Source: Thalia democratica (taxonomy: Eukaryota). From it: a stretch of DNA of 64,000 nt. Numbering within the stretch: position 1 is the stretch's first letter; every line of letters begins with the position of its first letter. The stretch spans positions 22,692,001 through 22,756,000 of the forward strand of contig OZ241834.1 of NCBI GenBank assembly GCA_965202585.1, in the 5' to 3' direction. The translations under genes were made by a program, and so were the position numbers. The notes under the pieces are model-generated. The model was not told where the DNA came from and did no database searches. It worked only from the letters and a program-made list of their open reading frames with translations. Positions 1 to 12,400 of this stretch are shown piece after piece.

Positions 1-72
1 TACTTAAAGGACGGTAGATATGCTTTTTAAAATTTTAAAATATCTTCGAAATCTTCATGAAAATGCACCGTT

Positions 73-482
73 TTACCAGAAGGAACACCTGTAACAAAAT
101 TATCATTTTTAGCACCAAATTAGTAATTTGTTAATTAATAGCAAACCTCAAAACTTAGTCTTAAGTAGAAAAGCACAAAATTAATGTTATCTGAATTAAC
201 TTAAAATCTAATAAGTCTGAAAATTTGATATAATTACTTAATAGGTTAAGTTTACTTTGTTATGCAAACTTTTTGTAAATGTTTACTCTCTACGAAATAA
301 TTAAAACCATGTGGATGTAAACAAACAGCAAACAAAAAACAGCTGGGTATAAAAAAAATTCCCCGAAACAGAAACTAACCATCCGACGTATGATTGGCAC
401 AAGTTATCGGCCCTGGTCGCCTCGTTGATAAGAGTATCCACTTGACCTTCGACCAAACCCGCGTTTTCAGGGTAGTCCAGTC
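73..482 (-). other. TOR FATC domain, ending in a 16-nt terminal coding exon
   Basis: [26 protein letters not shown]|GTTAGT at 380, spliced to cag|G TGT TCC TTC TGG TAA at 88-73, gives ...GWCSFW*. Confidence 0.93.
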
Positions 483-3400
483 CTGATACATTTTGTTTGC
501 ATTTTTGATAATTAGTAGTGAAAAAAATAAATGTTCTGAAAGGAACTTTCACGAGCTCTCACTCAAAACTAATATTTGTGCATGATGCTCAGCAGAGATT
601 TTATTTATAAAAGTATTATAACGCAGCTAACGCACCACAAAGCTTGTTTTCCACTCTCTTCAAAATGCTCACGGCTCTCTGATTTTTCAGTTCTTCCCTA
701 TTTTGCGATATTTCTCCGCCTAGAAACAAACACAACTTACTTCACACAGAACAATGTTTACGTAAAATTATTTTACTAAAAAAATTAACTAAATGATACA
801 AAAAACAATTGATTTTGTTTTGGTTTGTTTCATTTAAACAAACGCTATATCAAGTAAAACATCCGTAAAATAATATTATACTATTTAATACAGACCAGGC
901 CACATATGGACGTGATTCGGTTGATTTTGCAGCTGGTTCGCTCGAGGTGAGGGTCCGTTGTGATCTGTTTTTATTAAATGTATTGACAAAAATTAAACTT
1001 TATTACGTAAAGTTTTTAAAAAGTTTAAACAAGAAAAATTTATCTGTGAACCTAAAACTGTGTCAAAAACAAAGAGAACTCAACAAAGATAATACAACGA
1101 GCTTAAATAAAACGCTTAAGTTAGTTGAAGTTTAAAAAAATATTATTTATTAGATATTTTTGTCATACTTGTATTATGCTTATAACCTCCTAGCAAATTA
1201 AGTTAACAATTATTCAACTAAGCTTTTAACTAAATTATTATTCATTTAAGCTTTTAACTAAACTATCAAAAGCTGTGCAAAGTAGAGAAAATTTCTGTGC
1301 ACACTAGACAATTTAGTAAGTACTTTTTTCTACTAAAACTACTCTTATCATGACTGAACTGTCTTGTTTGCGAATAAAGTACTAAGACGATTTAGAACTA
1401 TTAAAGTGACTTAGCCTGAGTTAAGCTAACCTGAGTTTATGAAAGTATAATTATTATAAGCCGAAAACTGAAACTAAATACTTTTACATAGATTAATAAA
1501 ATACTGTTAGAAACTAATACTCTAATAAGTTCAAGCTCGAAACAATTTAGCAAACAGCAAAAGCACTTGGAAAATAATCTTTGAGAAAAGTCTTAGAGAT
1601 AAAAAAATATTCAGAGTAGCCTGAGTACATGGAAATTTCGATACATCATAAGATATTTTAAAATAGTTTTTATTACCTAAATTAATTTCTGTGAACAAAA
1701 AAAAAGTACTGGTTTAAAGTAAATACTACAACGCAGGTTTTTCAGCTCTGAAAGAAGCGTCAATGAATAAAAAGTTTACAAGTTACTTTGAAATAAAACA
1801 TCACAAGTCACAAGTAACAACTGACGATTGACAATTCTCCAGCTGAGCAGGGGATCGTACACGAAAGCTTCTAAAACCGCCATTATGGACGGTCTGTTTG
1901 ACCTCAGCACGTTCATGGTGTTGACGCACACATTCCTGAAGTTGCCGCCCACTCCTACCACCTTTGATTAAATTAAATTCCTACCACCTTTGATTAAATA
2001 AAATTCCTACCACCTTGTAATGTTTTACTAAATTTAATACCTTCAAACTTAGATTAAATCATTAAACATTGAAATAATGAACGTTTTTATTAAATTAAAC
2101 CAATGTTTTATTTGCACTTGTTTTTTACCACTCTAGATTTTTCCAAAAAAAAAAAAAATGGTCAACTTCAATGGTATTTCTGTTTTCGAGAAAAGAATAT
2201 TAGCATGCAAGGAACAAAGGTAGTTAAGAATAGTGGTTGGTAAATCAATTTATGATTGTTAATTTATAAACAAACCTCCATCGCCTGAACGAGCATTCTT
2301 GTCAGCCTGAACGGAATTTTTTCTGGAAATTTTTCACGGACCATGGCCACCTGAAAACATGTTGATTTTAATAAAACAAATAAAATATCACTTTAACAAA
2401 CTTTCCGCAAATTGTACGTTTGAATCAGAAAGACACAAAAACGAAACGAGAAAGTATATATTCATCAAACACATTTATACAACTCTTAGAAAACAAAAGA
2501 AAGCAACTGCTATAATTTTACTAAATCTATTGTTGTTAATAATTTTCTCAATAAAATATTACCACTTAACCTCGAAGCAGTCGCCGAAGTCGATGTGGAG
2601 CACCTTGCCGGTGTACCGCTCCAGCATGATGTTGGACGGGTGCCGGTCACCGAGCCCCAGCACGTACCCGACCATCGACATCACCGCCAGTGTCCTCGTG
2701 TAACTCGTCCTGCGTTCCAACCAAATCTGCACGAATTCGATTCAACTTTTTGCGAAACTTTTTTACGGTATTTAACTGAATCATTTACAACCAAGTCTGT
2801 ACAAATTGTGGGGCTTTTCAAAATATTTTTTTAGTTGTTAGTTGAAATTCTTGCACTTGTTTAATAACAGTAACCTTTTTAAAGTTTTAAATATAAAACA
2901 TGCGGCTCTAGTTTTAATAACTATAAAATCTTTACACGAAAACTTTATTGTGTTTAATTTTATAAAACTTTATTCAGTGCTTAATTAAATAACTTAAAAC
3001 CCAGATCTGTGCAGAAATTAAATTTTTTATAATATAGGTTTGAGTCTCGACTGTATTAACATGAGTAATTTTTTATACTTTTTAAATAATTGACTAATTG
3101 TATAGAATTGAATTTCAAATTCTCCTTTTTATCCAACAAGATATGTATACAGGAAATGGATGTCAAATAATATTTTGAAACTAATTGTTTAATAAAATAA
3201 CTAACAAACAGAATAAATTAAAGAATATGTTTTACGACCTCCGCGGTGGGAGCTTTGAGCCACATGAGGTTCGCGAGGTCGCCGCCGTCCGTGTTCTTCT
3301 GAACGTACTCGAATATTTCCACCTTGTTCATCAGCGGCAGGTGGTCGTAATCCGGCGACATCTGAAATATATGTGTGAAATAAATAACAATGTTTGAACA

Positions 3401-6400
3401 GCTTTTTTCCGGTGCATAACTTACTAAAAATATATAACAGAATACATTTCATTTTCTGTAAATTTATTTAAGTACTTTCAAGTAGGACTCGTCAGAAATA
3501 GTTTCCTACTCTACAGAAATAGTTTTTAAATCCTTATATTAGTAATTTTAAAGTAATTAGTTTCTTGTTAAACTTTATTTTTAAGTATAGTTTTTATTTT
3601 AATTTTTATCGCTTCTTTATTTATATTGTTTTAATTCTACCGAGTTTTATTAGTATACCAAATTTGTTTAGCATTAGCACTTATTTAATTTTTAACATTT
3701 GATTATTACGTCATTTTATATCTTAAAACTTTAAACTGCAGTATAATTTTATTTCAATTTGTATTCATTCCAATTCAGTAGGAAACTATTTCTGACGAGT
3801 CCTACTTGAAAGTACCTAAATAAATTTAAAGAAAATGAAATGTATTCTGTTATATATTTTTAAATAACAATGTGTGTGAATTATTATAATAAAGACATGT
3901 GCGCCAACGATAATTATAAATCATACAAAAACACGCGTGCAAGATGATTTACTTTAACATTTTACTGGGATTTTTGATATGCAGGTTAAATATCTAAAAA
4001 ATAATTTTGTTGTTTGAACTTCACACACGTGAACGCGTTTGGTGTTTTTAGAAGCTGTATGATTGTTTGTTGAACTTTAGATACAGTGATACGAATGCTT
4101 GTTTTAATTATAGAACAAAAGTGTGCATCTAAGTTCTAATTTGTGTCAAACATGTAGCATATTGTAAGTGAACAGCCTTTTATAGTCTAGTTAAAATAAT
4201 TAAGTTACTTTTAAGTTTAAAGTGCTTGTACTTAAAAAGGTGAAAAATTAAAAAGGGAAATGAAATATTTTGTACTACAAAAAAATTTGAGATTAGTGCC
4301 CTATTTATTTTGTGAGTAATCTTTTTAAAATTTAACTATTCGTAAAATAATAATGAAACAGTACACATTTAAAATTGGGCTTTTCGTTAGTGATACTTAA
4401 CTCGGGTATATTTATGCATGCAAACAATATAATACAGTTAATGATACTAAAACACATAAACTTTAAATATTTATTCTTTCAAGACTTTATTTTGCAAACT
4501 AAGTTTCGGTCAAAGACCTCGCCAGTGCTTAAATAAACTTAGTTTGCAAAATAAAGTCTGAAATAATAAACTTATTATCTCTCCTCTAGTAGTTGAGATC
4601 TCTTTATTTTTTTTCTTAATTCGAAACATACAATACAAAAGCTTTACGTGAAAATCAAGTAATTCAAAGTTCATACTTTTTGCATCAACTTGTGCTCGAG
4701 GTTGATCAGCACGTGGGTTTTTTCCCGGTAAGATTTGATCAGTCCGTGCAACGTGTCGCAATTCGGCACCCAACCGATCAAACCGGAGTTCATCGAGAGC
4801 GGCACCACAGACAGCTGGATGATACTGTTGGTATTTGTAATAAATTTAAATTTTCCAATGCTAATAAATACCGTTGCTTTCTGCTATTAGGAAAACTTAT
4901 TAGTAATAATGTGGATAGTATCTATGTTTTACATAATCTGATGGTAACAAATACTGTCTCTGTTTTTGGGAAATTTATTCATGCTAAAACAATGAAAGTA
5001 TTTACATAAAATTTTAATACGAACTGTATTTTATTTTGTAACAATTATGATGCGATTAACAATATTGTGCGATATCTATTCGACGAGTCTTTGAATCTAA
5101 TTTCGTTATTTACAAGCTAAAATGAGTTTCCTTATAATATAGAAATTTATAGTTTTTATTTGTAGTTCACATTGAAAAAAGTAAAAATTTTAGGACCGTA
5201 AAAACTATTCAGTTTTGTAACAATTGTATAGGTTATAATTTATGCTATTTTGTAATCAGCGTTCCGCTCAAAAAATGCTCTACATTTAATCTGCTCCTCT
5301 GTAGCTGAGAACTCCTATTGTTAGTTTACAAACCAGTCCCATACTCATGGTTGCCACTAATCAAGCTGAGTAAAATTTCCTGACTGTTTACAAAAATTTT
5401 CCTGACTTTTCTTAATCAAACTCTTAAATTAAACTTATTCTAAAATACATAACCTAACACTTTAAACTATATAAAGCTTTCAATCTAATTTTAATACAGG
5501 TTAAAAAGAACAGTTTTTTGCTGAATTCCATCATCAAAATTCCAGTACATCACTTAAACCATCTGTGTATGATTGATGTTTGTAATAAACAGCTCTATCA
5601 GCAAAATACTTGTATTATCACCTTATAAACACAGCTTGTCTGAAAAAAGACACAATTTTTTAGCATTTCCTAGCATAAATGTATCTAGATAAACAAACGA
5701 CATATAAGAAACTTTTACAATTGAAACCTTGAATTAATTAAGAACTTTCACAAGTCAAACCTTAAAACAATAACGAAATTTTACAGTTAAAAAATTTAAA
5801 CAATTAAGAAGTAAATCAAATATAGATTTTTTAAATGTATGTACTAAAATTTATTTTCTCCGTTTTTTTATTAGCACTTCAACCTCTTCATCTAATGAAG
5901 ATATGGTTTCCTTCATCTGGTCTGCATTCCGCTTCAGTATACACATTAACTTGTTACATCAAATACTAAACTAACTGCTTAGTTATAAAGAACTCAATTA
6001 TTTACTTAAACAAAAAACAGTTTGATTTAAAAATTATGCTAGATAAACTTTTGTTTATATATCACAGTTCCACTATGGAAGTGTCCTTGCTACAGATCAT
6101 CAATACTAAAAAGCTTACAAAGCTCCTTGTTCAAGTAGGGTACTTGTTCAATATTTTAATAGAAAATTTTTGCAGTTTAGTAAAGGATATTTTACTAATT
6201 TATACCAGATGAAGGCATTGGAAATAAAATTAAATATTTTTATAAATTTCTAGGAAAATTAAGAAATTTTTTCCTGACTTTAAAGGACTTTGAATTAATT
6301 TTTACCATTTGAAGGCTTTAGAAAACAAGGAATTTTGTAAATTTAAACTGACAAAATCTGACTTTTTTTTTTTTTGAAATTTCCTGACTTTTTTTCAAAA

Positions 6401-9400
6401 CCCCCCATTTTTTCCTGACTTTTGTCATTTTTTTTTAATTTTTCCTGACTTTTCCTGGTTTCCTGACCGAGTGGCAACCCTGCATACTGTAGTAATTCGA
6501 AAATCAACTTGACTCGACAGTTTGTTGTTCCTCACTCAAATAAGCTGCTTACTCACCCGAGGTTCTGCTTGTTGCACTTGGTGTCTGCGGACAGCAAGGT
6601 GTTCACCATCCCGAACAGCTGCACCACCCGCTCGTCCTGTCTGATGTCCTCGTTTCCCTTCAGCAGGAACGAATGGGACTTCCCGTCGCTGCCTGTTGAA
6701 TTGGGAAAAAATTATATGATGCGCGATATGGGGTTTGAGTGATAGAAACTCGAGTGGTTACAAGAGCATCTTCGGCATGAAAATGGTAAAAATGTGAACT
6801 AATTAAAAAAAACAGTTTGGGTCTATACAGTGTGATGTTTTACAAAAAATAGAAACTTAAACACTCAACACATCTTCAAATTGACAGTGAGCGCCTTGTT
6901 TTTTATTTAGCAATAAAATATTTATTTCCTCGAAACTTCCAGTCATTCAAAAAGCGAACCTTTGAACTGCATTTTCCTCGGTCGCTGCTTGCTGGTGATC
7001 ACTCCCATGGTCGAGTGCACCCCGGTTATGTAGATGACCGGCTGGTACGGCCTGTAAGTGCCCGGGATGACCAGTTCCAGGTCCCTGCAGTTGTACAGCA
7101 GGGGAGAGACGTCTTTCAACTGAAACTGGCTCATCTGAGAGATGTGTTTTGTGTTTTAATACGATATATTAATGGCAGCTTGTTTAGTTGATATAAGAAA
7201 TTTTGATTCAATATTTCACTTAATTTTTTTTTAAGAAATTTGAATATTACCTTTTTAAATACTTTAGTTAGTTTTAAAATTAAAGCTATTCAAAAACAGT
7301 TTTTGCATAAACTGTAGCTATCTTATTTTTTTTAAGATTTAGGTTACGTAACTTAAAAGTGAAAACTAAAAAAAAAACTAAATGAAATCAAGATTAAAGT
7401 TTTCATAACGTTTTTACTATAAAAACTGTATTAACGATCAAAAAAAATAAGCAATGTATAAGAAAAAAATTAAAAGTATAATCATTAAACAAGTTAAACT
7501 TTAGAAAGATATCAAAAGTATTACAAAGACTAACAGCGGTAAGGGCCTTGCAGCACTTTCTGAAAGTTTGGTAGTAGAGGTCCCATGCCTGATTCAAATC
7601 GTCGACGTTTAAAGATCGCTTGTACTTCTGCGTCAGGCTGTACGCTTCGTTCAGGTCCGTTCCGTAAGTCTGTTGGGATTAAAAGAAAATCTAACTTTTG
7701 TACGAGTTTTGTCGCAGCAAAAAAAGTTAAATAAAAGTTTTATTGGTTTTAATTTATATTAAAATTACAACAAGCATTAGATAAGCATAAATGTGTTTTT
7801 AAAAATATTTCGCTGCCTTTTGCAGAATTATCAAAGCAAAATAAAGTTTATTAGCGATGAAACTAAATAACTAAGACGTAAATATAATAAAAATAATTAG
7901 TCTAACCTAGCTTATTTTTAAAATAAATATTTTGTAAATTTTCAATAAAAAATTCAACCAAACATTAAAACACACAGTTTATTATAAGTATTGGCACAGT
8001 TTTGAAAATTAATTTTGAAAAGTTATTTGATGTTATTTTACTGTTCGTAACCTAAAAAGAAAATTATTAGTTTTCAACAAAATAATATATAATTTGGAAT
8101 ATTTGTCGTTCAGTTTTTAGATTTTGTCTGAATTTGCCTAATTTAAAATGTTTCTAATTTTTAAGGAGGTCGTGTAAAAATATCACAGTAAACAGAACAA
8201 ACCCAAGGCAAATTTAAAATAATAATAAAGTCAACAAACATTGAAGAATTCCTGCTCGTTGTTTGAAGAAACGTTCTTGAGTTTTTCGTGGACTGGTTGC
8301 AACACTTGCAGCATTCCTTTGAAGTCCTTCTCGTTGAACCACAACCTGCATTATTATTATATATATATATATATATACATAGAATATAAGATAGAGAATA
8401 TATTTAATTAGTTATTTTTCATATATAGCTCCGCAACAACAAGTTGCATCGAAGCACTGTGCCAAAAGTCAAAACAAAAAAAAAACGAAGTATAACGTCT
8501 GATATATAATAATAACTCAATTCTCAAACCTTGAAGATTCTTCCAACGCGGCGTGCCATTCTTCTAACCACAAGATGGCGCTCCTAATTAGCTCCTTTGA
8601 TACCTAAACAAGTAATAATATTTAAGAAAACGTTTCAAAAATTGTTAACAAAAGAAATCTTAGCAGCTCTTTCTATACCTGTATAGTTGAGACGTTATGT
8701 GATCTAACTTATACTAGTTATACTATAAAAAAGTCCAGAAAAGGCAGACTACCCGCTTTTCTGTCACTCTTATTTTGAATATTTAAAAAACGTTGTTAGC
8801 AGAAGAGATACGATGAGCTGATAATTTACTTGCATATAAAATATTCTTTAATAGATATGTAGTTAGTAAGTTTACAAAAAAAAAAAACTGTTTGAATTAA
8901 TCTAATTCGAAATAAAATCACACACTCAAATTGACACGGCTATTTTGATACCTCTTATGTATTAAATGGAAAAAATTCCAACAACTTAAAAAAAAGAACG
9001 AAGTTATAAAATAGTTCTTAACTGCTCAGTAAATTGCTATCATAATGGTTCAAAACAAACTTTTACGACCTTGTAACAACTTCAAGAAGTTTTTAGTGTA
9101 TTTTAGTACAATTAATAAATTTTTATCCACAAAAGTTGGTTGGGTTATTTAAAAACAAACGCCAAATTTTTTATGGAGCCATAAACAATTATAAATAATA
9201 AACTTATTTGGTGCTATATTTTCACAAAGTAAGTTTAATCTAATTCAAATACACAACAAAAAACATCTTACAATGTACAACTGCAAATTTCATACACTCA
9301 CCATTATTGCCTGCTGCACGAGTTTGTTGGAATGTTGGCACATTTTCTGAAGCAACTTGTTGGCAACCTTCATTTGCTCCTCCGTACCTTTCGACGCCAC

Positions 9401-12400
9401 CGTCAGCGAGTATATGATCGCCTGAAATTACATGAATTAAATTGAACTATTTGAAGTTTTTGTCCCATACATTAATGATAATAAGTGTGAAGTTTATTAA
9501 AATTTAAAACAAAAAATCTAGATTCGACACCTACAGTTGCTAAAAAGAGTAATTCATACTTGATATTCATATAATAATTTAAATGATCAATCCGACTGAT
9601 TTTTATTAGAAATTTTTTTTGAACCGTATTTATTAACAACCTTGTTTGTTTATTTCGTTAATAATTTTAATCTTATCTATTTGCAAACATAATCACTTAA
9701 TAAAACGATAAAATTCAGTAAATAAAAGTTTAACAGCTATCATATAAAAACAAGAAAGTTACCATCCAGTATCAAATAAACAAAATGTAATATTGTTAAC
9801 CTGAGGGTGTTCCTTGCTGATGTTTGCGATCAGCTCGTGCAACAGTTCAGCGCTCGACGAATTGCAGTTCGCCAATCTGGCTATCAGCTGCGGGATGACC
9901 TGTGAAAATATAAAAATACCTGTGAAAATAAGTGTTGGTGAAAATGACCTGTGAAATTAAGTGTTGATAAACAAAATGTTAAACAAAGAGTTTAAAGTAC
10001 AACATTTGCATTTAAAAATTTTCTTTAGCATTTAGGGTAAAGCATACATTTTGTAATATAAAGCATCGGTGTTTTTTTTGAAATTCTTTTTTCCATTACT
10101 GCTAAAGTAACTAACAAATAATATGTATGTATAAACAAAAAGCACTTTTTCCAAAAACAACAAAATTTTTATAATAAATGAACCTGAAGCCAGTGTTCGA
10201 TTTGAACGTTCCTCAGTCCCTGTACGAGAACGCTGTAGACATCCGGTATCGAGCCGTAATCGAACCACAAGTCCAGAACCCTGCAAACATACAAGTTTTT
10301 AAAAACATTTTTATTCTATGAAGGTTTTTCTTATCTTAAATATTAAATCCGCAACTTGGAACATACAAGTTTAAACTACTCTTTTATTTTCACAAAAATA
10401 CGTTTATTTTTCAAACGTTTGTAAAAATAGAAAATGGGTATTTTAAATCTAAATATACTAAGTTGCAGACGGTATACTGAAATAATATTCCAAAACTTGT
10501 TTGTTACCTGAGACAGTCGGTTTGCGAGTTGAACTTGCACAATGAGATGGATTTGAAAAATCCGTGCAAGGCGTGAGACGTGAACCTTATCAGCTTTTTC
10601 GTTTCATTCTGTTAAATAAAAATTAAACTTTTTGAACATTTGTATTTTAGTTGATAATGTTGTCTAAAAAATTGGAGTAAAACGTTAGATAAAGAAATAG
10701 TAAGTTCAACAAAAAATAAATATTCTAAAAGGTTGTTGAAGGAAAGTTAAACTAGTTTGAAATACAACTATCGATTATTTTTTACTATTATATATTTATA
10801 CGCTCATTAATTCTAACAGTATATAAATGCACAAGTCTAAATAAATACAATCCGTAAAGACTTAGAAATAGAGCTTAAAAAAATAAATTCCAAGTTCTTA
10901 GAATTTTCATAGAAACAGTGTTACTTCTAAATAGACTTATTAGCTAGAATAAGCATTTTATATCTGCTAAATTAAGTATTTTAATGCGAAAAATCAAGTT
11001 AAATAACTAACTAAAAATACTATATAAATGACAAAATCTTAGAAGATCCAATGATTTTTTTTTAAATCAAAAGCAGAAAATAAAGAATACAGCTCTTAAA
11101 AAGTATCAAAACTTTAAATATGTAAAACTATATTTTAAATTAAAGTTATTTTAATATTTTAAATACTTTAAATTTGTATTTTTAACAATATAAAAAACTA
11201 ACAGAAGCGGTTCTCGGTTGTTTTTCGTTTACCTGATCGACAACTCCCTCCCCTGCTGCGCTATCTAGAATTATTTTTAGTGGTAAAATTAAAATTTGTT
11301 TAATCTACTAAAAATTAGTTACTTTTTAGCAATTCTATTATGCTTTGTATGCACAATAAGCTAACGCCTGTTAAAAACCTAAAAAATAATAAAATAGTTA
11401 TATGAAAAGTTCAGTTTCTAAAACTTTAATACTCATACAAAGCCTTAGAAGAACATAAATTTGAGAGAAATGTAATACCTTGTATGTAGGAATTGCCGTT
11501 TGAATTTTCCTCCGGGTAGTTTCCGTTCATTTTCATGCTTATTATGGATTTGTAGTATTTGACGAACGTGTGGTTCAGTGTGGACATCGTGTGCCATGCC
11601 TTTGAAATAATTGTTTTTATTTGTTAGAAGCAGAATTAACATTACTTAGAAATAAATGGAAAACTTTTATTATACACCGATATGTATCAAAATAGTACAC
11701 AGATATAAATTTGAAAGTGTGGTTTTATAAGCAGATTATAAAATTATGTTTGATGAAAATATTATTGTAAAGACTAAACTTATTTATTAGAAAAATTTAA
11801 ATCAAAAGTTAAATGTTGTTTTTAAAAAAAAAACTCAAACTTACTTTGTACCACTTAAGATCTTTTTGGGTGCTCTCGTGAGCCCACTTTGAAATTGTCT
11901 CAATATTTTTCTCGTTCAAGCTGTACAGCTCGCTGCTCCATTTCGCCAGACAAAGATAAAACCTGTAAAAATAAACACATACTATGTCTATTAACGAAGG
12001 CTTTATAACTAGTTATACACATTCGAGCTTCATTGAAAACTACTTTATTAAATCTGAAGCAATAAACTTGTAGAATTTTACCGAGTTTTATTTAACCGAC
12101 TTGTAAATTAGTACTACAACACTTTCTTCTACACATGTTCTCGGCTTCTTCTACGGTCAAAACAAAATTCAATAAACCAAAATAACACGTAAAAATTAAT
12201 AGCAAACTTGGACAGCAAGTGAGGGAAATTTTCTCGGTCGTTTGAATCGATGAGCTCGATGGGGGTGTTGTGAATGTCGATTACAAACTGCTCCATCATC
12301 ACAAGTGCTCGTTGCTGGTTAGTTAATTATACATATGGAATTTAAAAAAAAAAAGATTTCATCAAGCAGAGCAGAAGGTAAAATAAAAGTTTTATAAAAA

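Larger units (their letters stand above)
1826..7134 (-). other. TOR PI3K-related kinase domain exons
   Basis: ITSKQRPRK; [13 protein letters not shown]; [12 protein letters not shown] (hinge); [13 protein letters not shown] (catalytic loop); HIDFGDCFE; [12 protein letters not shown]; [13 protein letters not shown]. Confidence 0.97.
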
